A DNA stretch of 18,120 bases from Promethearchaeota archaeon (GCA_016926735.1 JAFGOA010000006.1:1-18120), one strand, 5' to 3'. Counted from the first letter of the stretch, positions 8,003-16,305 are shown. Numbers and translations: made by a program. Notes: generated by a model not told the origin, from the sequence alone.

Positions 8003-10610
8003 TGGAATTCAATTATGGTATAAGAAATATCCTTTTAGATTTGAACATAATGCTGATATACCCTTAATTGAATCTCATAATGGAGTAGAATATTCAAGAT
8101 TGAGCCCTCTTACCAATTTAACATTAAATCTTCTTACTTCAACCCAAGCTAACTCAAATTTTATTATATGCATACCATCAGCATCATTAAAACCTATTCC
8201 CCTAATATCATATATAATAGCTGAAAAAACTCAGAAGTCAGTATTAGTATTTAGTACAACTGACCAACACCATAATAATTATTATCTTCTTAAGATACAA
8301 TATGGAAGCAAATTTGTCTATATGGACTTTCCAGTTGCAAAAATTATACATAAAGATTTGGTTATTGAACCATATTTTCCTTGGGCAACTCATAGTTTTA
8401 GGAAAGAAGTAAAAAAGAATATTCCATTTCTTCTCGATAAATTTTTAGACGGAAATCAACCAAAAATAATGTTTTACAAAGATCGAGATCTAAAAATATC
8501 ATCCAAAATGGAGAGTATTCGATTTTCTAATGAATTAGTGAATAATTCTTTTTCGCAAACGGATTTAAATATTAAAAATATCATTTTTGAAAATATAGAT
8601 TATACTATTTATAATCAATATCGGTTAGATAATTTTCTTGAATGGATTACTACTTGTATGAAAAACGATAATAATTATATTTTTCATGTTTCTAATCCAA
8701 ATTTTAAATTTTTAAATATATTAAAAGAAAGATTTTCTGCAAATTTGCTATATTTTCCTTATTCATTTTTAAAGACTAATGAGACATTAATGAAAAAAAA
8801 TCACGAGTATTTTTCAAAAATTTCTAAAGTTAGACATTTTGATGCAATATCAAAAATTAATATAGATGATATTCATATTTATCAAAAGTCTAAAGAAAAT
8901 AATTTTCAGATACAAAATAAACTTGCTAAAGGTAATATTGATTCTTTTTTTGCCAAAGGATTAAATATGTTTAAAACTATTAAATGGAACGATGTTCAGA
9001 AAGAATTATCATCTTTAATTTTTAAGTTAAAATATTTATATTTCAGTATCTACAAACTATTTACAATACCATCAGATTTTCAAGTAAAATATTTAGATAA
9101 CGAAATTGGCTGGAGATATTATCATATTGATAGATATTTAGTTCGGGTATTAAGAATTATAAATGCTTCATGTTTATCTCCAAATCTTGAAATACTTACG
9201 GATATAGTTATTTATTTGAAGAAAATGATTGATGAGTTATCAGAGTGTAAAAGATACAGTGAAAAGTTATCATACAGTAGAATCGGGAAATATTACTCAT
9301 TATTTGATTTTCTTAATAAACATCAAGATGAAAAATGTGTGATAGGTGTGCAAACAGGTGAGAAAAGTCTTACCAGTGAAAAACTTAGTTATCATAAATT
9401 TGGTGAAAATATTAGAGTTCATACATTCAAGCAATTAGCACATATGATTTACGATTTTTCAGAATATACTCTTATTCTTCCTGGAACACTTTTACCAAAT
9501 CATATTCAAATACTTTTTAAAAATTGGAAAAAAGTTCTATATTTTGTATATAAAGGAAATAATAAAAAATGGGTAAAAGATCAAATAGAGTTAATAAACA
9601 AAATAGACCTCAGTAAAGAAGAGTTAACTATAATCTCTTTAGTAGAAGTCTATAAAAAGATAGAAGGAATAGGTGATTATTCCATAGAAAGAGATGAGAT
9701 GTTTAAAAATTTTTTGAAAAAAAAAAGAATTCTTTTAGAAAGCAATCAATCAAATACTCAAAAAAAAGAAGCAAAAGATATAGATCAGATATTAACAGCT
9801 GAGACGAAATTAAAATCTGTATCTATTGCTGATCTCTGTCGTAATTTAATGAAAAGCGATCCAAAGTTCCGAGAAGCATTAATTGAAGAAAAGACTAAAA
9901 ATTTTGTTGGAACTCAGCAAAAAAAGGAAGTTAAGAAATTTTTAGAGACTTCAGAAAATATTGATTGCAATGTTATCTTAAGAAATGAGATTAATGGAGA
10001 GCAAATATCTTTTCAATTAGATTATAGAAAAAAATATATGTTTTTTAAAAAAAAAGAGGATATAAAAGTCGAAATAAGTTTTCCACATGCTATACCAAAG
10101 CAGTCCTATTTAATATTATTTGGGAAAGATGAAAGATTATCTATGACAGAGTTTTTAAAGCAAGCTTTTGAATTCGAAGATAATATCGATTATGATCTAA
10201 TTGAAAAATGGCATGGTAGATTATCATCCTTTTATAATAAAAATTATAATAATTACAAGAAGTTTTATAATGATTTTATTCATAATTATCCAGATAGTAT
10301 AAGTTATAATGAATTTAAGGAATGGATTAAAGGAAATGTAAACTATACAAACGATCCAATTAATCTTTATAATCTTGGTGTCCTTATGGATGATGCATTT
10401 TTTATGGATGACTATTATTCTATTCATGAAGAAGGTAAAAAGATCCAAAAATTTAATATAAGATTAAGTAAAAAAATGAAAAAGCTAATTATTCAAGTCT
10501 TAAGTCAAAATATTACTTGGAGTTCTTGCTCTCAAGAAGAACGATTATTAATAGAAAAAATTGAGAACTGTATTTTTAAAGTAGAAAATATTAGTATTAA
10601 AAAAAAGTAG
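7995..10610 (+). CDS. Large DrmE-like protein (class II DISARM accessory; possibly a degenerate helicase-like fold)
   Basis: 871 aa. TTG start overlaps the drmC end by 8 nt, with GAGGT upstream. Size, position in a drmABC operon and the C-terminal pattern (EKWHGRL...ISYNEFKEWIKGNVNYTNDPINLYNLG) recall DrmE-family C-termini. No intact Walker A is seen. Assignment rests on recall and context. Confidence 0.6.
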   Translation: MSSGIQLWYKKYPFRFEHNADIPLIESHNGVEYSRLSPLTNLTLNLLTSTQANSNFIICIPSASLKPIPLISYIIAEKTQKSVLVFSTTDQHHNNYYLLKIQYGSKFVYMDFPVAKIIHKDLVIEPYFPWATHSFRKEVKKNIPFLLDKFLDGNQPKIMFYKDRDLKISSKMESIRFSNELVNNSFSQTDLNIKNIIFENIDYTIYNQYRLDNFLEWITTCMKNDNNYIFHVSNPNFKFLNILKERFSANLLYFPYSFLKTNETLMKKNHEYFSKISKVRHFDAISKINIDDIHIYQKSKENNFQIQNKLAKGNIDSFFAKGLNMFKTIKWNDVQKELSSLIFKLKYLYFSIYKLFTIPSDFQVKYLDNEIGWRYYHIDRYLVRVLRIINASCLSPNLEILTDIVIYLKKMIDELSECKRYSEKLSYSRIGKYYSLFDFLNKHQDEKCVIGVQTGEKSLTSEKLSYHKFGENIRVHTFKQLAHMIYDFSEYTLILPGTLLPNHIQILFKNWKKVLYFVYKGNNKKWVKDQIELINKIDLSKEELTIISLVEVYKKIEGIGDYSIERDEMFKNFLKKKRILLESNQSNTQKKEAKDIDQILTAETKLKSVSIADLCRNLMKSDPKFREALIEEKTKNFVGTQQKKEVKKFLETSENIDCNVILRNEINGEQISFQLDYRKKYMFFKKKEDIKVEISFPHAIPKQSYLILFGKDERLSMTEFLKQAFEFEDNIDYDLIEKWHGRLSSFYNKNYNNYKKFYNDFIHNYPDSISYNEFKEWIKGNVNYTNDPINLYNLGVLMDDAFFMDDYYSIHEEGKKIQKFNIRLSKKMKKLIIQVLSQNITWSSCSQEERLLIEKIENCIFKVENISIKKK

Positions 10611-10620
10611 TGAATTAAAA

Positions 10621-12045
10621 ATGAATATTTTATTAATAGAGCCAAAATTCCCCAGACCATGCAAAAGTAAGAATCATAACGACTTTTTACCAATAGGGTT
10701 AATAAAATTAGCCTCATATCATATAAGACAAGGAAATGCTATTTGTATCATTCGAGGTGAAGAAAAAAAAGAAAATATTCAATTTGAATATAAAAATGGT
10801 CGGATAAATAAAGATAAAGAGCCTCATTTGATATTAATTACATCTTATTTTACATATTGGTCTAAATATGTAAGATCTTCTGTTAAATATTATAAAACGC
10901 TATTTCCTAACAAAAAGATTATTGTTGGTGGGATATATGCTTCACTAATGCCAGATCATTGTAAAAAATATACTGGGTGTGATGAGGTTTATGTTGGAGT
11001 CTATAAAGAAGCTGAAAATATAAAATTGTCATATAAATATCTCGAAAGGCATTATGGTTCTATAGATTATCAAATAATTCATACAAGTCGAGGATGCATA
11101 AGACGTTGTGAATTTTGTGGAGTTTATAGAATTGAACCTAAATATACATATAAAGAATCGATTAACCATGAAATAATTAAAAAAAAGATAATATTTTATG
11201 ATAACAACCTTTTAGCTAATCCTGCTATTGAGAATATCCTTTCAGAACTTTCATATATGAAAGAAAAGCAGAAAATTCTTTGGTGTGAGGCTCAAAGTGG
11301 AATTGATGGAAGAATTTTATTAGAGAATCCAAATTATGCTTCTCTTTTAAAAAAAGCAGGATTTAAAGATATTAGAATTAGTTGGGATGGACCTTTAAGT
11401 GATGCTCCTAAAATAAAAAAACAGCTATTATTGCTTGAAAAAGCAGGATATCAATTACACCGCCATATTTTTGTGTTTATGATTTATAATTGGAATATCC
11501 CATTCGAAGAGATGGAAGAAAAAAGAATTAAGTGCTGGGAATGGAAGGTACAGATCTCAGACTGCAGGTATAGACCACTTAATCAGAAATATGATCGGTA
11601 TAATGGACAAAAATATATTATTGGTCAAACTGGTCGAGATTATCATATTCATAAATCTTCAGGATGGACAGATGAAAATATTCGTATATTTAGGAGACAC
11701 ATAAGACGTCAGAATATATGTGTAAGGCTGAGAATTAATTTCTATTCTAATGCTATTGAAAGAGCCTTTTTAAATAAATCTGTAAGAAATATTCTAATTG
11801 ATATTGCTAAATATTATTCTATTGATAATGCTGAAACGATCTTGAAAAAGTTGAAAATACCATACTGGTTTCCAGAAAATTACAATGGAAATGGTTATAC
11901 CTTATCAGAACAGCAGATCTTTGAAGAATTCGAGAAATTTACTCACAAAAGAGCTTTAAAGAATGGTAATGTTAGAACTTCCTCTTTTAAAGTATGGAGA
12001 AATCAGATACAAAAAAAGGTTTTAACTCAGTTAGAATTATTATAA
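10621..12045 (+). CDS. Cobalamin(B12)-binding-domain-type radical SAM protein
   Basis: 474 aa. TSRGCIRRCEFC carries the CxxxCxxC motif (11095-11118), followed by FYDNN. N-terminal B12-binding-like Rossmann features: ILLIEP, LPIGLIKLASY, ITSYFTY, KIIVGGIYASLMP. It starts 10 nt after the previous stop. Confidence 0.88.
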   Translation: MNILLIEPKFPRPCKSKNHNDFLPIGLIKLASYHIRQGNAICIIRGEEKKENIQFEYKNGRINKDKEPHLILITSYFTYWSKYVRSSVKYYKTLFPNKKIIVGGIYASLMPDHCKKYTGCDEVYVGVYKEAENIKLSYKYLERHYGSIDYQIIHTSRGCIRRCEFCGVYRIEPKYTYKESINHEIIKKKIIFYDNNLLANPAIENILSELSYMKEKQKILWCEAQSGIDGRILLENPNYASLLKKAGFKDIRISWDGPLSDAPKIKKQLLLLEKAGYQLHRHIFVFMIYNWNIPFEEMEEKRIKCWEWKVQISDCRYRPLNQKYDRYNGQKYIIGQTGRDYHIHKSSGWTDENIRIFRRHIRRQNICVRLRINFYSNAIERAFLNKSVRNILIDIAKYYSIDNAETILKKLKIPYWFPENYNGNGYTLSEQQIFEEFEKFTHKRALKNGNVRTSSFKVWRNQIQKKVLTQLELL

Positions 12046-12175
12046 ATCCCTTTCAAATTATAATGTTTAGAAGTATTATCTTTTTGATAAATTTTATTTA
12101 AAAGTTTTTATATTGAAAATATGTATTTAAAGAAAGATTGTTTGAAATAAAATTAAATATTGATAGGTAATATTA

Positions 12176-13618
12176 TTGGTAAATATCTTTTTAAGCTATT
12201 CAACTAAAGATGCTGAATATTTTAAAATAAGTGATATAGCAGAACAACTTGAACTTTATAGCGAAATTGATGAAGTTTATTATTGGCAAGAACATTTACA
12301 TGATAATATTTCTAAATATATGAATGATTATATGGAGAAAAGTGAAGTAATGATTTTATTTTGCTCCAAAAATTCTAAAAATTCTCATTCTGTAGAGGAT
12401 GAATGGACAACCCATGATCATCATAAAAAGCCTATTATTCCAATTTTTGAAAATCTTGAAGATGTACCATATAAATTGCAAAAAAATTTTGGTTGTGAAT
12501 TTACTTCTTTAAATTTTGATAATTTTATAAAGAAATTATATAGCATTATCTTAAAGAAAATAAATCTCGATTCTGTAATAAAAGAAAAGAATCAATATAA
12601 TGATCTGAAAAATGAAATTGTTTACTATCATGGTGTTAAAATATATCAAATTGAAGCAGAAGTTCTCCTAGAAATAGAACAAAAGATTGGATGTCAATTT
12701 ACTTTGTTAAATGAAAGTGAAGATGATGTCGAAAAACTTGAGTTTGAAGTAGAGGATAATCATGTTGTAGAATTAAATATCCAGCATTGGGAAATAGAGA
12801 CACTTCCGATAAATTTTGGAGATTTAGTTGAATTAAAAGAATTATATTTATCTGATAATGAATTATTTGAACTTCCTAAAAGTATTGAGAAAATAATCTC
12901 ATTAGAAATACTTAATATATCAAATAATCAGATTGATAATCTCCCGATTAATATTGGTAATTTAATCTCTCTTAAAGAATTAATAGTATGCTACAATAAT
13001 ATTAAAATTATACCAGATGAGATTAGAGATCTTAGTTCTTTAACTCGATTAGATCTTTCGGACAACAAAATTGAATATATTCCTGAGAGTATTGGAAATC
13101 TCTCTTTACTCTCAAGAATTGATCTTTCATATAATAACCTTAATTCTTTACCAGAGAATATTGGAGAACTTAAAAATCTTAAAATATTAAATTTAGCGGG
13201 TAATAACCTTTCTTTTCTACCTGAAAGTTTTAAAAATCTCATAAATATTGAATATATAAATTTAAATTTAAATTTCCTTTCGTATCTACCAGAAACTATT
13301 GGGGAACTTAAAAATCTTAAAATATTATCTTTAGCGGATAATAAATTGTCTTATTTACCAATGGGTATAGGAAATCTTAGCTCTTTATATGGATTGAATC
13401 TTGGTCATAATATACATATAAGAAATTTACCGAGATCAATTGAAAATCTCAAAAATCTTGAGATTTTAATTCTATCCCAAAATCCTAACTTGTTATTACC
13501 AAGTTATCTTCAGAAAAATACATCATTAGAAGAAATAGATATATCAGATTGCGGTTATAGAAAAATACCTAAATTATTAGAGCCTCTTGATAGACGAGGG
13601 GTTAAAATTTTAATATAA
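12176..13618 (+). CDS. TIR domain - leucine-rich repeat protein
   Basis: N-terminal TIR (IFLSYSTKD...MILFCSKNSKNSHSVEDEW...KPIIPIF) and about 11-12 C-terminal 23-aa LRRs (e.g. IPESIGNLSLLSRIDLSYNNLNS). TTG start with AGGT upstream. Confidence 0.93.
   Translation: MVNIFLSYSTKDAEYFKISDIAEQLELYSEIDEVYYWQEHLHDNISKYMNDYMEKSEVMILFCSKNSKNSHSVEDEWTTHDHHKKPIIPIFENLEDVPYKLQKNFGCEFTSLNFDNFIKKLYSIILKKINLDSVIKEKNQYNDLKNEIVYYHGVKIYQIEAEVLLEIEQKIGCQFTLLNESEDDVEKLEFEVEDNHVVELNIQHWEIETLPINFGDLVELKELYLSDNELFELPKSIEKIISLEILNISNNQIDNLPINIGNLISLKELIVCYNNIKIIPDEIRDLSSLTRLDLSDNKIEYIPESIGNLSLLSRIDLSYNNLNSLPENIGELKNLKILNLAGNNLSFLPESFKNLINIEYINLNLNFLSYLPETIGELKNLKILSLADNKLSYLPMGIGNLSSLYGLNLGHNIHIRNLPRSIENLKNLEILILSQNPNLLLPSYLQKNTSLEEIDISDCGYRKIPKLLEPLDRRGVKILI
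13149..13360 (+). repeat. Nucleotide-level duplicated LRR unit, 138-bp offset
   Basis: ggagaacttaaaaatcttaaaatattaaatttagcgg at 13163 versus ggggaacttaaaaatcttaaaatattatctttagcgg at 13301. Confidence 0.8.
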
Positions 13619-13763
13619 AACCTCTTTTTATGAAAAACAGGAAATCGGAATATATAAAAGAAAAATATCAACGATTCAGATTTTTTCTTTAAATATATTC
13701 GGGTTATTTTTATTTCCAATAGTATCTACCTAAAAATTTCGACATAGAGAGAGATGGAAAGTT

Positions 13764-14753
13764 GTGTGTATACCAAATGACAATAGAAAGAGCCAATTAA
13801 AAGCGATTTTTTTTACAGTTTTAGTTATTTTTATAGGATTTAATCCTATTCAGAATGATATATATCAAAATAGTAGTTTTTCTGAGCAGACGAGTATTAT
13901 TAAGAATCAACCAATAAAAAACCAAGCATTAGGAGAAGGAGTTCTTCATGATAAAGTGCATACGTTCCATGAGAATCAGAGGAAAATCGAAATTCATGTT
14001 TATATTCTAAAAGGATTTAACTATTGGGTAAGTTCTGCGGTTGTTACCGATGGACACAGCTGTCATATGAATATTACGTTAATTGATCCAATCGGCAGGG
14101 TGTATTATATTTATAAATCAGAAGAGCTGATGACATTTAATAAGTATTATCCCGTACCTTTTGGAGTCGTAGTTGAGGGAAATTATACCCTACTTTTTAC
14201 AGAGACAGAAGGTCCGAATTTAAACATTCATATAAGAGTAGAGCAGGATTTTTCGCTGGATGGAGATCTTTTTGTAATTGAAAAAGGAGAGCCGGTAAAT
14301 TACACGATGGATTTAACATCTGATACGATGTACCACATTGAGCTTACGAGGATAAGTCCGATAGCCTACTCACAGGATTTAACCTTTACATTTGATTTAA
14401 ATGTAACAGATCCGTCAGATATCGTCTTTACCATTTATAATCAAGAACCTATAGTTAGTATATATAAGCCCATTACCTTTCCGTTTGGCACAGCTCAGGA
14501 GGGAAGGTATCATATGACTTTTAGCACCACCCAAGCTCAACGATATATTAATTTAGCGATTCGGATTTTAGTAAATAAAACGTTTACCAGTGAGATCGAT
14601 TCGGATAGTCCAAATAACGAGACCCATAATCCTGCGTCTTTGTTTCCTTATATTCCTCCCTCATTTTTCTATGGGAGTATAGGGATAATAGGGATAATTG
14701 CGTTTGTAGCACTCATTATAGGTATCTATTATAAAAGAAAATTTAATAATTAA
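13764..14753 (+). CDS. Secreted/membrane-anchored surface protein with two tandem beta-rich domains
   Basis: N-terminal hydrophobic stretch AIFFTVLVIFIGF; C-terminal TM helix FFYGSIGIIGIIAFVALIIGIYY followed by KRK. Internal repeat: ITLIDP...YIY...PFG...EGNY versus LNVTDP...TIY...PFG...EGRY. Confidence 0.75.
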   Translation: MCIPNDNRKSQLKAIFFTVLVIFIGFNPIQNDIYQNSSFSEQTSIIKNQPIKNQALGEGVLHDKVHTFHENQRKIEIHVYILKGFNYWVSSAVVTDGHSCHMNITLIDPIGRVYYIYKSEELMTFNKYYPVPFGVVVEGNYTLLFTETEGPNLNIHIRVEQDFSLDGDLFVIEKGEPVNYTMDLTSDTMYHIELTRISPIAYSQDLTFTFDLNVTDPSDIVFTIYNQEPIVSIYKPITFPFGTAQEGRYHMTFSTTQAQRYINLAIRILVNKTFTSEIDSDSPNNETHNPASLFPYIPPSFFYGSIGIIGIIAFVALIIGIYYKRKFNN

Positions 14754-14764
14754 CTCTTTACAAT

Positions 14765-14790
14765 CCTTTTTTTTACTCTATTTTTGATTG
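14765..14790 (+). terminator. Oligo-T tract, putative archaeal-type terminator
   Basis: T8 run at 14767-14774 and a further T run just after the stop at 14753. Confidence 0.4.
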
Positions 14791-14995
14791 AAAATATATC
14801 TTAATAATAAGACCTCAGGATAATAATTCATAATTTTATCATAATCCTAAATCAAATACCATCAATAATTAAGAATATCTCCACTCTATAAGAAATGGTT
14901 AAGTGAAGAATTATTGATTTTTTATATATAATTAAAATTATATAATATAAAGAGACATCTAATAGATATAATAATAATAAAAATGGAAAAACAAA

Positions 14996-15868
14996 ATGAA
15001 TGAAATAGATCAATCGAAAAATAGATATGACAATATTTGTCTGGATATTTTAAAAAAACTACCAGAAATAATTTCTCTGTCTTTATTTGATGTAAATGCA
15101 AACCTAATAACACACATGGGCGGAAGTCAAAATAATGAATTAAATTTAGATAGTTTAATAATCTCTGCTGGGATATTTGTCTTATCGGCACAAAAGATTA
15201 TAAATCTCTATAATTTAGATAATCTAGACCAATTATTGATTAGAACCGGTGATAGGATTCTTCTTTTCGTAGCTGCTGGATCAGATCGTATACTTTTAGC
15301 TCAAGCCAGTAGAGATATTAAATTAGGGCTTCTCTTTTTAGACTTAATAGGCACTTGTAGAGAGATAAGTAAAATTCCTTACGAAATGCCAAAAAGAAAA
15401 ATTAACTTGGAAAATAAGTTAGAGACCCTTGAGAAAGAATTTATTGGAGACTATAAAATATTTATTAGTTATGCTAAAAATGATTCTAGCTATTTTAAAA
15501 TAAAAGAGATTGCAGAAAATTTGGAAAATAATAATCCAGATGTTAAAGTTATGTATTTTGAAAGAGATAAAATAGGAGGAGAAGATATTTTAAACTATAT
15601 GGAGCGTGGAGTTCAATGGTGTAATGTATTTGTATGGTTCCATTCTGAGAATTCAATGAATTCGAAGGCAGTTATTGATGAATACAAAATGGCAAAATAT
15701 CTTGGGAAGGATATTATATCAGTCACGGAAGATTTCAATTCGCTTCCTTTAAGTGCAAGAGTTACATGGGCAATATTATATGAAAATGATATTCAAAAAT
15801 TAACGAAAAAACTGTTAAAAGATATGAAAGAATATGATTTAAAGAATGCAACAATCATTCAACAATAA
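14996..15868 (+). CDS. Roadblock/LC7 (LAMTOR/MglB-like) - TIR domain fusion protein
   Basis: The N-terminal ~125 aa have the Roadblock pattern (PEIISLSLFDVNANLI...LDQLLIRTGDRILLFVAAGSDRILLAQASRDIKLGLLFLDL). C-terminal TIR: YKIFISYAKND...FVWFHSENSMNSKAVIDEY. Confidence 0.85.
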   Translation: MNEIDQSKNRYDNICLDILKKLPEIISLSLFDVNANLITHMGGSQNNELNLDSLIISAGIFVLSAQKIINLYNLDNLDQLLIRTGDRILLFVAAGSDRILLAQASRDIKLGLLFLDLIGTCREISKIPYEMPKRKINLENKLETLEKEFIGDYKIFISYAKNDSSYFKIKEIAENLENNNPDVKVMYFERDKIGGEDILNYMERGVQWCNVFVWFHSENSMNSKAVIDEYKMAKYLGKDIISVTEDFNSLPLSARVTWAILYENDIQKLTKKLLKDMKEYDLKNATIIQQ

Positions 15869-15924
15869 AAATTACCTAAAATCGGTCTATTTTTGTATTG
15901 GAACAATTTTTCTCCTCTTCTATT

Positions 15925-16305
15925 TCATGGGTAATCCTTTTTAAAATTAATAATCTTATCTTCAGGGAATTTCTTGCACCATTCCTCCTGAGCAAGAAAC
16001 ATCTTATAATCCTCTCTTTGTATAAAATCAATAATCCGTGGTCGTGGCTGGATGGTTGTCGGGATTTCATTCGGATCGAATAGAGAATGGCTCCCAAAAA
16101 AATCAAATTTAACGGATCGATATTCAGCCAGATATTTTAATGCGCCCGTGAACAGACTCCCCGTTATTTCAATGTTTTGATTGTGTGAAATCTTGTCTTT
16201 TATGATATCAAAGAAGGTACCCCCATCAAAACTGTCGCTGGGATTTTCTTTATATATTTCATAGAGCTCTTTTGCACAAATAAACACCATTTCTATACTT
16301 TCCAT
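15925..16305 (-). CDS. Hypothetical protein (~126 aa)
   Basis: The ORF track starts at GTG 16320, but that GTGAGGT looks like the RBS for the ATG at 16305 (MESIEMVFICAKELY...). Protein-like composition; convergent with the Roadblock-TIR gene. Confidence 0.6.
   Translation of the reverse strand: MESIEMVFICAKELYEIYKENPSDSFDGGTFFDIIKDKISHNQNIEITGSLFTGALKYLAEYRSVKFDFFGSHSLFDPNEIPTTIQPRPRIIDFIQREDYKMFLAQEEWCKKFPEDKIINFKKDYP

Noticed and set aside
1019-10717. Short minus-strand ORFs (1019-1240, 3402-3593, 4958-5167, 5654-5902, 6926-7108, 10224-10448, 10532-10717)
   Set aside because: They lie antisense to long, motif-bearing genes and have the hydrophobic low-information composition typical of shadow ORFs in AT-rich DNA.
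1904-12045. Interpretation as a Dpd (7-deazaguanine) or Druantia system
   Set aside because: There is no DpdA/TGT-like, DpdB or queuosine-pathway gene. Helicase and DUF1998 are separate genes followed by PLD, as in drmABC, rather than fused as in DruE-type proteins.
10621-12045. Viperin or QueE assignment for the radical SAM gene
   Set aside because: The CxxxCxxC sits ~160 aa in, after a B12-binding-like domain, and the protein is 474 aa. Prokaryotic viperins and QueE have the motif near the N-terminus and lack this domain.
12790-13560. CRISPR-like periodic repeats
   Set aside because: The 69-bp periodicity is in-frame LRR coding sequence. There are no identical repeats with unique spacers and no cas genes.
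12991-16106. ORFs 12991-13242(-), 14922-15191(-), 15876-16106(-), 15898-16083(+)
   Set aside because: They overlap better-supported genes (TIR-LRR, Roadblock-TIR, 15925-16305). The periodicity in 12991-13242 merely mirrors the LRRs.
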